Assembly (NCBI GenBank): GCA_028713285.1
Contig: JAQTOP010000001.1
Span: 35,190-99,189 of the forward strand
Source of the DNA: Terrimicrobiaceae bacterium
GTDB lineage: Bacteria > Verrucomicrobiota > Verrucomicrobiia > Chthoniobacterales > JAATET01
Length of the DNA stretch: 64,000 bases
Direction of reading: 5' to 3'
The translations under genes and the position numbers were made by a program. Under the pieces are notes generated by a model, which worked only from the letters and a program-made list of their open reading frames with translations, made no database searches and had not been told where the DNA came from. Below are positions 44,001-52,562 of the stretch, in pieces. Numbering within the stretch: position 1 is the first letter of the stretch; each line of letters opens with the position of its first letter.

Positions 44001-45271
44001 CAGTCGGCGAAGGGTTTGTCCTGCAAGCCATACATTCTCGTCGCCTCCCCGAGGGTGACGCCGTGCTTCTGCAGGTAGTCCCGCCAACTGCGCTGGGCGG
44101 CGGGCGAGTAGTCGTCATGCATGTCAAACCAGGGATCATGCGACAGCTCGCCCTGCGGATGCATCCAGCCCATCAGGAACGGGTTGTCGGTGACCTTCCG
44201 CATATTGGCCATCGTTTCGGCGGCGATGTAGCGCTGGATGTCCGGCTGGAACCAGGAGAAGTGTTTCTGGGCGGTATAGAACTGGATCGGACCATGCCAT
44301 CCGCTCTGCAGGAAGGAAGCGGGCTGCTCCACGTATTCCGGGAACCGGCGGTCGGTCCAGTTGCTGCCACCGGGAGGTCCATAGACGCGGAGGGAGAATG
44401 GCTGCCCGGCATCGGAGAGCATTTTGGAGATCCATTCCCACTGCGTGTCCTTCATCAGACCATCGCCGAAGTCGAATTCCGTAGGGTCGATAAACAGGTC
44501 GCTGCGAATCCTGTTGTCGATGAGGAATTGCACGTCCTCCGTCGGGTCGATGCCCGTTTTCTTTCCCGCGCTGGCGGTCTTGTCCGGACCGTCGGGGCTG
44601 TCAAATCCACCAACCCCGTAGCTGCCCCAGCCGTAGCGGTCAAACCGATCCAGATACAGGGGATACCTGGCGGAGGCGACCGCTCCGGAAACCATCGCTG
44701 GATGACTCTCCGCGAATGCCTGCAATGCCTTCTGGTTTTCGGAACAGACGATGCGTCCTTCGGCTCCATCCACGCAGCCAACGAATGCGGAGCCATTCGA
44801 AGTGACATTCAGCGGCACCGTTTTCCCGGCCACCTGCAAAGTCTCCACTTTCAGCCCTTCCGAAAGCTTGAGGTCGGAAAGGAATTTGCCGATCACTGCG
44901 GACGCCTTCTCCTGGTTCTCACAGCGGAACGTCCATGCCCACGCGCGCTCGCCCGCGCTGGAGTCGAATGCGCTGCTCGTCGTGCCCACGCGACCATAGC
45001 CGCGCAGCGTCTGGGTGGCGGGGGTGTCGGTCGCATACGCGACTTTCCATGGGCTCCCGCCATCATCGGCTTTCTGGGTCTGCAACCCGGCTGCCAAAAC
45101 CAAAAAGAGAACGAGGAAGGTCGGACAGCGGGTTCGTCCGGTATCGATCAGGCGCAGGGGCGTGGCGGCATGAGCGGGGAAACCGGTGCGCCCGCTCATC
45201 CGGGGTTGGCGGGATTGCCGCAGTTTATTGATGAAAGAGGCAGTCAAGGAGGCGGGGGAACTGAAACGCAT
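41042..45271 (-). CDS. Giant secreted glycoside-hydrolase-like protein, paralog of 36613-40989
   Basis: 1409 aa with a signal-like 'CPTFLVLFLVLAAGLQTQKA'. It shares blocks with its neighbour, e.g. 'FTGEGGWFFPWYKRY...TSETAGP' versus 'HTGSGPGWWFTTPKQY...SSETSGP'. Confidence 0.45.
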   Translation of the reverse strand: MRFSSPASLTASFINKLRQSRQPRMSGRTGFPAHAATPLRLIDTGRTRCPTFLVLFLVLAAGLQTQKADDGGSPWKVAYATDTPATQTLRGYGRVGTTSSAFDSSAGERAWAWTFRCENQEKASAVIGKFLSDLKLSEGLKVETLQVAGKTVPLNVTSNGSAFVGCVDGAEGRIVCSENQKALQAFAESHPAMVSGAVASARYPLYLDRFDRYGWGSYGVGGFDSPDGPDKTASAGKKTGIDPTEDVQFLIDNRIRSDLFIDPTEFDFGDGLMKDTQWEWISKMLSDAGQPFSLRVYGPPGGSNWTDRRFPEYVEQPASFLQSGWHGPIQFYTAQKHFSWFQPDIQRYIAAETMANMRKVTDNPFLMGWMHPQGELSHDPWFDMHDDYSPAAQRSWRDYLQKHGVTLGEATRMYGLQDKPFADWEQVTIPEFATFEGLSQQVVSLDGTWNYRVDIPPKTVLDDAWYSKSPGDRYPGVRGQWYKAPMRPGEWQSMRLPGNDGIYGLFHDLELGSAGHDSMSTWFRRSFTLTPAQAASPRLFLYFFPISNAGIHTGPKGRFHEIYLNGEKAGEIGGWGAIDVTKWVRPGENQIALHLLGARWNGRMYLSTQPPRIFPYFGGEMNQLWTMWKDWHLDSKYLAWRDILDGMRQVDPNRPIKFMAPSGMGTDRYLQLAADYGGFPHFTGEGGWFFPWYKRYAFLYDVPGTSETAGPARNVADQFESFRRTFLAGLNAHDPVFLIQTYTRNEGLRKFWLEHGPVLKQMGRFDLDPGQQVLLFRSTQGESGLLQDAPYPPVGASKEVQSPWNWDFGRGTMQTLGQSYLYLDEGGVRDGKMNGYPLMIDDGNEVVSPAALQGIAEWVKAGGTFVTLPFTGRSTFSQPDSWPIRQLTGCEIGRLRAPGQGRITFNAKQSLFKSFAGKTMDDNGHSADWQGGEHNLLSIELKPGADSEVLATFENGAPAIVRRKLGKGSVIALGTAFWRDAKDVHGLWKPGPCEVDFMTDLLGGVGFPAARCTTDDLLVWAQPYRYNNGLEASTTLVSWHDDAGVTVTLAMRLPRKPARLAAFGVEGEKHLPFTWADGVATTKVFLPAKEVKVVTADVYDPNEAVAHWWTYQQRMWHGLAKPTIDFGPYTKGKFADPTLDLREGAQLAIGQPAGEDWTKAGFLAGSWKPCILGLLNTYGAQPNKPAYVRKTFTVPEAWLNRGGRIYMTSGAWSGPHYLGAARMALNGKMLHDFTKDSFNEFDVTDLVTGGENVLSFTFKGDNKYQGFAGNVWLYYATPAERSLNLAGIWNGMENGSPATLALPGQGRLKMPSRTVFIPKEWEGRYQVRLYMEGASRSILGAWVNDRLVRRHHHSLGSRCDIDITSQLKFGQENELILANGGDYNGVNLDPKASFDWDIKVIRLDLYPAK

Positions 45272-45457
45272 AATTGGAACGATGGGTGAAAAACGGGTGC
45301 GACATCATCAATCGAGGGAGTCGCGGACACAAGGGCTCACAGATCCCAATTGTCCGTGCGAAACGGCGGTCAGAGGCACGGCGAAGATCGATCCACCGCC
45401 GCCTGTCAGGCCGAGCGAGAGCCCGACGATTCCCCCGTAGCAGAGGGCAAGGATCAT

Positions 45458-46894
45458 TTAATGAGTCACTCCCTCCGCCGTGGCGATGCGCTCGCACTCG
45501 GCGCAGACTCCATCGATATGCACGGCGTCGAAGCCCTCGGATCGCAGGAACGAGGCGGCCAGCGAGGCCCGCTTGCCCGTGCCGCAATGGATGAAGAGTC
45601 GGCGGTCCTTTGGCAGGTCCGCCAGGCGCGTTTTCAGCCGGGTGTAGGGGAACGAGCGTGCGCCATCGAGATGACCGCGCTGATACTCGCCGGTGGTCCG
45701 CACGTCGATGATCTCGCCTTGCTGGAGCGCCCTGGCGGGATCGAATTCCCGAAAATCCATTCGATCCAGACGCTCTGAAAGCACGCCGGCGGCTTTCGCC
45801 TCTTCCACGGTGATCCAGCCGGCAATCCCGTCGAAGCCGATGCGATAAAGCTGCCGCGCCGCAAGATCGGCATCCTCCGGCCTCTCCAGCACGAGGAGAA
45901 TCGGGGCGTTCTCTGTCAGATAGGAGCCGGCAGAGGTGGAGAAAAATGGCGAATGCAACGGCGCATGAATCGCCCTGGTTACGTGCGCCAGGTCGAACGC
46001 CTCGCGGTCGCCGCGGGCATCCAGAATGCGGACCGCCGGATCGCCTGCCTTGCGGGAAAACTCCGCCGCTTCCAGATGCGGCGGTGTCGGCGCGCCTCCG
46101 GTGACCGCAATGCCATCGCGATTCACCCGCTTCATCGTGGCGAAGTAAAGAGGCGACTCCGGTTGCCCGGAGAGGATGTCCTTCACGAACGCCTCGCCGT
46201 CGGTCATCGCGAGCTTGAGCGGCGCATTGAAGCGGCGTTCGTAGCCGAGCGTGGTCGTGGGCACGGCCCCGAGGGCCTTGCCGCAGGCGCTGCCCGCGCC
46301 GTGGGCGGGCAGGATTTGCAGATAGTCGAGGAATGGCAAAAGGCGGTCGCGAAGAGATTCGCGCAGCTTGCGGGCCGATGGCTCCATCGCGCCCTTGACG
46401 CCTGCGGCGGATTCCAGCAGGTCGGGGCGGCCCACGTCGCCCACGAAGACAAAATCGCCGGTCGCGAGGGCGATAGGCCGATCCGCTCCACCGCCGATAT
46501 CGGTGATGAGAAAGCTCAGGTGCTCGGGCGTGTGCCCGGGAGTATGCACGGCGTCGATTCGGATATTGCCGACCATGAAGTGATCGCCATCCTCGAGGAA
46601 ATGGGTGTTCGGCCGCTGACCGGGCCATTGATAGAGCCAATCCGGACCGCCTTCCGCGGACAGGTAGAGGCGGACATCGGGATCCTGCGCGAACTCGCGT
46701 CCGCCGCTCACGAAATCGGCATGGATGTGCGTCTCTGCCACGGCGGTGATGCGCAGGCCATTCTCGGTGGCGAGCGACTGGTATCGGTCGATGTCGCGCT
46801 CGGGATCGATGAGGAGGGCTTCGCCCGTGCGCTGGCAGCCGACGAGGTAGGCGTATTGCGCGAGCTGGGGATCGAAGATTTGACGGAGAAGCAT
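45458..46894 (-). CDS. MBL-fold hydrolase (persulfide-dioxygenase-like) fused to two rhodanese domains
   Basis: Start set at 'MLLRQIFDPQLAQYAYLVG'. 'ETHIHADFVSG' is the metal motif. The C-terminal rhodanese has the active-site loop 'IHCGTGKRAS'. Confidence 0.75.
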   Translation of the reverse strand: MLLRQIFDPQLAQYAYLVGCQRTGEALLIDPERDIDRYQSLATENGLRITAVAETHIHADFVSGGREFAQDPDVRLYLSAEGGPDWLYQWPGQRPNTHFLEDGDHFMVGNIRIDAVHTPGHTPEHLSFLITDIGGGADRPIALATGDFVFVGDVGRPDLLESAAGVKGAMEPSARKLRESLRDRLLPFLDYLQILPAHGAGSACGKALGAVPTTTLGYERRFNAPLKLAMTDGEAFVKDILSGQPESPLYFATMKRVNRDGIAVTGGAPTPPHLEAAEFSRKAGDPAVRILDARGDREAFDLAHVTRAIHAPLHSPFFSTSAGSYLTENAPILLVLERPEDADLAARQLYRIGFDGIAGWITVEEAKAAGVLSERLDRMDFREFDPARALQQGEIIDVRTTGEYQRGHLDGARSFPYTRLKTRLADLPKDRRLFIHCGTGKRASLAASFLRSEGFDAVHIDGVCAECERIATAEGVTH

Positions 46895-46913
46895 GGGATG
46901 GAGTGTTGGGGGT

Positions 46914-47492
46914 TTAGCGGGGCGAGGTGCAGTGCGAGCCGCCGGAGGGACCGCGGCGGTTGTTCCAGGGCATTCGGGCAATGAGCATCCCCATGCCGCA
47001 GGTGTCTGTGATGCCCGCAAACACAAGCCCCGTGCCGACAAAGGCGGGAAGCGCGATCCATGCGGGATGCACGAAGTAGCCGAGCATCGCTCCCGTAAAG
47101 ACGAGTGTGCCGGCCGCGATGCGGACCTGGCGCTCGAGCGACATCGTTTTCGTTCCGCGGCTGAGAGGCAGACCCGCGGCATCCCATGCCTGCACGCCGC
47201 CTTCGAGGATCCGCAAGCCCTCCAGTTCGCATGATTTGAGTTTCTCTGCGGCCTGGCGGGCCCGGTTGCCGGACCGGCAAATGAGGAAACAGGCGCTCTT
47301 GCCGGCGGCGAGCTGCTTCACCTCTTCAGGATTCAAATCCCCGAGGGGATGCAGAACGGAACCGTCGATGTGAGCTTCCTCGAACTCCGCCGGGGTGCGC
47401 ACGTCGAGAAGTAGAGCGTCGCCGTTCCTCTTCTGGGCCTCGGCGGGTGAGATGGTGGATATTGGAGTTTCTGGAGTCGCTGTGATGTTCAT
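46914..47492 (-). CDS. Rhodanese domain plus DUF2892 membrane domain (YgaP-like)
   Basis: 'LLLDVRTPAEFEEAHIDGS...FLICRSGNRARQAA' (rhodanese). C-terminal 'ERQVRIAAGTLVFTG...GLVFAGITDTCGMGMLIARMPWN' (DUF2892). Confidence 0.7.
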   Translation of the reverse strand: MNITATPETPISTISPAEAQKRNGDALLLDVRTPAEFEEAHIDGSVLHPLGDLNPEEVKQLAAGKSACFLICRSGNRARQAAEKLKSCELEGLRILEGGVQAWDAAGLPLSRGTKTMSLERQVRIAAGTLVFTGAMLGYFVHPAWIALPAFVGTGLVFAGITDTCGMGMLIARMPWNNRRGPSGGSHCTSPR

Positions 47493-47568
47493 GAATTTGA
47501 CGGGTGCGTGGGATTGCCGGTCGCGGCGGTGAGCGGTGAAATGCATGGGAAGCCTGCGATCATGACGG

Positions 47569-48258
47569 TCAATTTATGGAGGAGGTCCGTGAGTCGATCT
47601 CGAGCGGCAGGTTCGCCGCCTTCCACTCGGGCACTCCGAATCGGAGGCGCTGCACGGAGACTCCGGCCTCCTGCAATGAGCGGGCGCCATTCAGAGCGGT
47701 GATGCAGTAGGGGCCGCGGCAATAGGCGAGGACCGGGACGCCGGCGGGGAGTTCGCCCGCGCGTTTGACCAGATCAGCGAAGGGAATGTGCCGGGCGTGC
47801 GGGAGATGACCGGTCAGGAACTCGTCCTCGTCACGCAGGTCGAGGAGAATGATCCGGTCATGGCCCGCCTCATCCATGACTTCCTGCATCGTCAGTGTGG
47901 ACAACGACTCGGGATGCTCGAAGTAGTCGCGAACGATCTCGCGGACCTCGGGCAGCAACTCCTCGCCCAGATTCCGCAGGGCGAGCCACACCCGGATGAC
48001 GCTCTCCCCTGCGAGACTACACCAGACCCGGCGCCCTTCCTTGCTGGCCTCCACCAGGCCGGAGGCGCGCAGCACCTTGAGATGGGAGCTGGTCGCAGCG
48101 ACCGATTGGTCGGTCATGCCGGCAAGCTGCTCGACGGTTTTCCTTCCCTGGCTGAGCAGAGCGATGATTTTGAGGCGTCTGGGGCTCGACATGGCATCGC
48201 CAAACCGCGCGAGCATGCAGAAGATCGCTTCCTGTTTTTGTGAAATGTCATTCTTCAT
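47569..48258 (-). CDS. ArsR/SmtB-family regulator fused to a rhodanese domain
   Basis: 'RRLKIIALLSQGRKTVEQLAGMTDQSVAATSSHLKVLRASGLV' (winged HTH) is followed by 'ILLDLRDEDEFLTGHLPHARHIP...VLAYCRGPYC' (rhodanese). Confidence 0.75.
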   Translation of the reverse strand: MKNDISQKQEAIFCMLARFGDAMSSPRRLKIIALLSQGRKTVEQLAGMTDQSVAATSSHLKVLRASGLVEASKEGRRVWCSLAGESVIRVWLALRNLGEELLPEVREIVRDYFEHPESLSTLTMQEVMDEAGHDRIILLDLRDEDEFLTGHLPHARHIPFADLVKRAGELPAGVPVLAYCRGPYCITALNGARSLQEAGVSVQRLRFGVPEWKAANLPLEIDSRTSSIN

Positions 48259-48425
48259 CGAAGTCCGGCGATCTGGAGTGGATTTCCAAGATACTCCTCA
48301 CAATCCAACACATCCAATGAAGAGAGTCAAAGACTTAATATAGTATTTGAATGTTTGACAGGGAGATTGATTTCCGAGGCATGAATCGGCGACACTTGTG
48401 CGTCAATACCTCCGTGGATCCTCGG

Positions 48426-49733
48426 ATGATCGACCTCCCATACGGCAAGGGCCATCTTTCCGTGCGTCTGCCGGCGAAGGCGCGGCCTGCGATCATCCGC
48501 AAGACGCCCTTGCCAAAAATCCAGGACGGGCGAGCGGCTGTGCGTCAGGCTCTCGACCACCCCGTCCAGGCACGCCCATTCAAGGTGCTCGCGCAAGGCC
48601 GGCGCAGCGCATGCATCCTGATTTGCGACATTACCCGTCCCGTCCCGAATCACCTCTTTCTCCGCCCAATGATCGAGGACTTGCTCGCTGCGGGCATTCC
48701 CGCGCAAGAGATTTGCGTCCTGATTGCCACGGGACTGCATCGTCCCAACGTGGGGGCGGAGCTGGCGGAACTCGTCGGCGATCCCTGGGTGCTCTCGACC
48801 GTCCGAGTGGAAAATCACAACGCGCGCGACGATGCCGGGCACGTCGATCTCGGATCGACGCGGACGCGCGGCACTCCGGTGAAAATCAACCGGCGCTTTA
48901 TCGAGGCGGATCTCAAGATCGCCACGGGGCTGGTGGAGCCCCACTTCATGGCCGGATACTCGGGCGGACGCAAATTGGTTGCACCCGGGATCGCCCACGC
49001 GGACACGATCCGCACCTTTCACAGCGCCCGGTTCATGGCGGATCCTTTTGCCAGCTCATGCAATCTCAACGGCAATCCGCTGCACGAGGAACAACTCGAG
49101 ATCGTGCGGATGATTGGCGAAATCCATGGACTGAACACTGTCATCGACGAAGAACGCGATCTGGTCCACGTCACGTTTGGCGAGATTGTCGCGAGCCACC
49201 TCGCGGCGGTCGCTGTCGTCCGCAGTGTCACCGAAATCGACGTGCATCGGCGATTCCACACCATCGTCACGTCGTCTGCGGGCCATCCGCTCGACAAGAC
49301 CTACTACCAGACCATCAAGGGAATGGTTACGCCTCTCGACATCCTCGTGCCGGGGGGCACATTGATCATCGCCTCGGAGTGCTCGGAGGGCTTCGGCTCA
49401 CCGGAATTCCGGGAGGCGCAGTCGCGGCTCGTCGATCTCGGGCGGGATGCCTTTCTTCGGACTCTCCTGTGCAAGCCACTGGCTGACATCGACGAGTGGC
49501 AGACGCAGATGCAACTCAAACCGATGCGCGCCGCCCGCATACAGCTTTACACATCAGGTTTGTCGGCGGAGGAGCGCCGGCTCGCGGGCGTCGAAGTCAT
49601 TGAATCCATTGACGAGGCCATCGAGGAGAGCATCGGTCGCTGCGGCGAGGCCGATGTGGCGGTGATTCCAGAGGGGCCCTACGTCATTCCCTTTTACGCG
49701 ATGGGACCGGACGCCGGCGGAGACGCTGATTGA
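48426..49733 (+). CDS. larA: LarA-like nickel-dependent racemase (DUF2088)
   Basis: Start set at 'MIDLPYGKGHLSV'. 'ILICDITRPVP' and 'VEPHFMAGYSGGRKLV' are LarA family signatures. Confidence 0.7.
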   Translation: MIDLPYGKGHLSVRLPAKARPAIIRKTPLPKIQDGRAAVRQALDHPVQARPFKVLAQGRRSACILICDITRPVPNHLFLRPMIEDLLAAGIPAQEICVLIATGLHRPNVGAELAELVGDPWVLSTVRVENHNARDDAGHVDLGSTRTRGTPVKINRRFIEADLKIATGLVEPHFMAGYSGGRKLVAPGIAHADTIRTFHSARFMADPFASSCNLNGNPLHEEQLEIVRMIGEIHGLNTVIDEERDLVHVTFGEIVASHLAAVAVVRSVTEIDVHRRFHTIVTSSAGHPLDKTYYQTIKGMVTPLDILVPGGTLIIASECSEGFGSPEFREAQSRLVDLGRDAFLRTLLCKPLADIDEWQTQMQLKPMRAARIQLYTSGLSAEERRLAGVEVIESIDEAIEESIGRCGEADVAVIPEGPYVIPFYAMGPDAGGDAD

Positions 49734-50313
49734 GGGCGAAGCCGGCGATGAGGAGCGGAGGGGCGGCGAGGAAGGCCCAGTAGGCTGCGAGGGGCGGAGC
49801 GGGCGGCTGGATGGCGACCTGGGTGTGCAGGGATTCGCCGCCATCGCCGAATCGAATCGTCACTTCATGCGGACCGGAGGAGGACAGGAGGACGTTCGCG
49901 GCATAGAGGAGTTTGTTCTGCGCTCCGGCGTGGGTGGCCGAAGCCGCGTCCGTTGTCGTCTTCATCGAGCAGCAGGGAGGCACCCAGGCTTCGGAGCCGG
50001 GATTGGCGGCGGCCTGGATTTGGATGGTGACGGAGCGGTCGAGGATCGGCGCGCCGGTGGCGGCATCCTGGAGCATTACGCTCAAGTCCGCGGGACCGGC
50101 CCGGAGCGGGGCCGGGGAGCCGAAGAGCGTGACGCGGCAGGCGCCGACGACTTCCTGCGCGAGCACGGCGCCGCCGTCTGCGAAGGCGATCTGCGGAACG
50201 AGGAATAAAGAAAGCAGGAATGCGGGAAATGCGATTGGAGATCGCTGGGCTCGAAGCCCAGCCAAGCAGGCTGGAAGCCTGCGCTCCCCGTCAATTGGAA
50301 GAGCGAAATTCAT
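49684..50313 (-). CDS. FixH/YtkA-like periplasmic protein with N-terminal signal and C-terminal TM
   Basis: Only the last 209 codons of ORF 49684-51357 look protein-like ('MNFALPIDG...FLLSLFLVPQIAFA...'). ATGA overlap with the CtaG-FixG gene stop at 50310. The family call is by context and is tentative. Confidence 0.45.
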   Translation of the reverse strand: MNFALPIDGERRLPACLAGLRAQRSPIAFPAFLLSLFLVPQIAFADGGAVLAQEVVGACRVTLFGSPAPLRAGPADLSVMLQDAATGAPILDRSVTIQIQAAANPGSEAWVPPCCSMKTTTDAASATHAGAQNKLLYAANVLLSSSGPHEVTIRFGDGGESLHTQVAIQPPAPPLAAYWAFLAAPPLLIAGFALNQRLRRRPVPSRKRE

Positions 50314-52538
50314 GGCGTGAGGGTGCCGCGCATTTGCATCGGCTGGAAAATAATCCATGTGCCGGCGACGTAAAGCGCGGCGGCGAGCGCGGCCCAGGGC
50401 AGGGCGGCGCGGAGGGGGCGCGGCGATCGGTTTTTGGCGATGCGCCACGCTGCGTAGAGCGTGAGGAGAAAGCCGGCGTCGAGGAAGAGGAGTTCGATGC
50501 CGAGCAGGCCGGGCCAGGCCCAGGAGGCGACGGTCCAATCGGGTTCCAGACCGAACAGGCGCTGGAAGACGGGGATGGGCGTGTGGGAGGCGGTCAAGAG
50601 GTGAAAGACAAAATGGGCGAGCCACATGCCGAAACCTAGCGGGGCGAGGGAGATTGCGTAGGCGGCGAGGGTTCGAAGCACGGATGCGCGAGTTCGCTCG
50701 TGCGGACGCGTGAGGCTGGCGGCGGCGAACGTGGTGCTGAGCGGGAGAAACACGAGGGAGATCGCAATAAAGAGCGTGGTGAAGGCGAGGTGCGAGAGGC
50801 CAAGCGCCGGAGCGAGGGATTGGATCGGAGTGATCATTCCCGCTGCGTTCGCGAAGGCGCCGAACGTGAGCACGAGCACGAGAGCGGCGAGATCGGGCCG
50901 GGATTCCCAGCGCCCGATGGAGGAGCGCGGTGCCGGATTCCAAAGGTCGGAGGCGGGCAGGGTGCGCTGGAGGGCGACGTTGTCGTGCGGGCAGGCGGAA
51001 ACGCAATCGAGGCAGAAGGTGCAGTCCATGTTGCCGGATTTTTTCGGCTGGAAGAGCTGGAGCTCGCAGCCGCGGCGGGTGGCGTTGCCCTTGATGCAAT
51101 CGAAGGTGCGGCAGGTGCGGCAAACGTCGGGCTCGCGAATGCGGATTTCGGAGGGCGAGGCGAGGGATTGGACGAAGTGAAACTGGCCGATGGGGCAGAC
51201 GTATTTGCAGAAGCTGGCGCCCTTGAAGAGTCCGTCGATGAGCGTGGCGGCGGCAAAGTAGCCGACGATGAGGGCGGCGGTGGCCCAGGGGCGGTCCCAG
51301 AGGCTGAAGCCCTCGTAGGCCCATAGGTAGATCGCGATGAGCGCGACGGGCAGCCACTTATTGCGCAGGAAATGGGGCCAGGGGAGCTGGCGGCTGCCGA
51401 AGATGCGGCGGGCGGTGTCGCGCACGAGCATGAACGGGCAGGAGAGGCAGAAGAGATTGCCGGCGAAGACGAGCGCCAGCACGGTGAGGCCGCGCCAATG
51501 GGTCCAGGGCAGCACGCCGGCGGCGTTCATGGCGCTGACCTGCGGGCCGGTGAAGCCGTCCCAGACGACGAGGGCGGCGAGGAGGAGGAGCGCGAACTGG
51601 AGAGGGCGGCGGAGCTTCGTGAGCGGAAGGCGGGGGAGAGCGGATTTGAATTTGGAAATCAGGAAAGCGAAAAGAATTCCCGAGGCGGCGGCGCGGCGCG
51701 GCGGGGGAGGCGGCGGAGTTTTTTTTCGGGAGAGGAATTGGACGGCGATGAAGCCGCAGGGGATGAGGAAAGCGATGGAACCGGGCACCCACATGATCGC
51801 GCCGGCGGCGGCCTGGTCGCTGAGCGCATTGAGGTCGGTGACGCGCGGGGCGGCGGCGTAGGTCGGGTAGAGGACGCGGTCGTAGAAGGAGAAGAACGCG
51901 GCGAGCGCGGTGTTTTGAAAATCCGCAAGGAGGAGGTAGGGAATGACGATCCAGCGGGGACGGGTCTGGTGCGTGGGCCAGGGCAGGATGACGTTCCACC
52001 AAAACAGCAGGGCGGTGCCGAGAAAGAAGCCGTGCTCGACGCGGTGCCATCCGGTGGAGTGGAGGGCGAGCTCGTAAAGCGGAGGAGTGTGCCATGCGAC
52101 GTTGGAAATCGCGAAAAGAAGCCAGGCGGTGACGGGATGGGTGAGAAAGGCTGCGGCGGCCCTGAGCGGCGCCCAGGTGAGGAACGGGCCGAGAACATCT
52201 GCGGTGAGCCGGCGCGGAAGGCCGAGCAGGATCGGGAGCCAGGGCGCGCCGAGCAGGAGGAGCGGCGGAGCGACCATGGTGAGCAGGAGGTGCTGCACCA
52301 TGTGGATGCTCAGCAGGAAATTCGCAAAGGCGTCGAGGGGCGAGGTGAGCGCGAAAAAAATCGTGACGATGCCGCCGAGAAAGCATCCAAGCCGCCAGGG
52401 GGGAAAGCGATGGGGGGCGCGGCTTTGAAGGCGCTGCCAGCCGCGGGCGTAGAGAATGGCCGCGAGGAGGAGCCCGGCGACGAGGCCGGGCTCGAATTTC
52501 CACGAGGCGAAGGCGGCCGCTGCGGCGTCGGAGTTCAC
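50310..52538 (-). CDS. ctaG: Caa3-type CtaG cytochrome oxidase assembly domain fused to a FixG/NapH-like polyferredoxin membrane domain
   Basis: N-terminus: 'LSIHMVQHLLLTMVAPPLLLLGAPWLP' (Caa3_CtaG signature). C-terminal half: Cys clusters 'CLSCPF', 'CKYVCPIGQF', 'CRTCRTFDC' and 'CTFCLDCVSACPHDNV'. Confidence 0.65.
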   Translation of the reverse strand: MNSDAAAAAFASWKFEPGLVAGLLLAAILYARGWQRLQSRAPHRFPPWRLGCFLGGIVTIFFALTSPLDAFANFLLSIHMVQHLLLTMVAPPLLLLGAPWLPILLGLPRRLTADVLGPFLTWAPLRAAAAFLTHPVTAWLLFAISNVAWHTPPLYELALHSTGWHRVEHGFFLGTALLFWWNVILPWPTHQTRPRWIVIPYLLLADFQNTALAAFFSFYDRVLYPTYAAAPRVTDLNALSDQAAAGAIMWVPGSIAFLIPCGFIAVQFLSRKKTPPPPPPRRAAASGILFAFLISKFKSALPRLPLTKLRRPLQFALLLLAALVVWDGFTGPQVSAMNAAGVLPWTHWRGLTVLALVFAGNLFCLSCPFMLVRDTARRIFGSRQLPWPHFLRNKWLPVALIAIYLWAYEGFSLWDRPWATAALIVGYFAAATLIDGLFKGASFCKYVCPIGQFHFVQSLASPSEIRIREPDVCRTCRTFDCIKGNATRRGCELQLFQPKKSGNMDCTFCLDCVSACPHDNVALQRTLPASDLWNPAPRSSIGRWESRPDLAALVLVLTFGAFANAAGMITPIQSLAPALGLSHLAFTTLFIAISLVFLPLSTTFAAASLTRPHERTRASVLRTLAAYAISLAPLGFGMWLAHFVFHLLTASHTPIPVFQRLFGLEPDWTVASWAWPGLLGIELLFLDAGFLLTLYAAWRIAKNRSPRPLRAALPWAALAAALYVAGTWIIFQPMQMRGTLTP

Positions 52539-52562
52539 CGCCCGGGGGCGGCCCGTGCGATC

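Noticed and set aside
38221-45289. Long plus-strand ORFs 38221-39984, 40598-43714 and 44063-45289
   Set aside because: They are antisense to the two giant secreted proteins. They lack motifs and have skewed Arg/Gly/Pro composition, whereas the minus-strand frames have signal peptides and paralogous conservation.
45225-46640. 471-aa minus-strand ORF and the plus-strand ORF 45953-46984
   Set aside because: They overlap the MBL-rhodanese gene in other frames and are Arg/Pro/Gly-rich. The MBL frame has the HxHxD and rhodanese active-site motifs.
48327-49486. ORFs 48327-49022 (-) and 48398-49486 (+)
   Set aside because: They overlap larA in alternative frames. LarA signatures ('DITRPVP', 'PHFMAGYSGG') identify the true frame.
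50314-51357. N-terminal 348 codons of ORF 49684-51357
   Set aside because: They are Arg/Pro/His-rich and overlap the CtaG-FixG gene out of frame. Only the last 209 codons, from 'MNFALPIDG', look like a real signal-peptide protein, and their ATG forms an ATGA overlap with the upstream stop.
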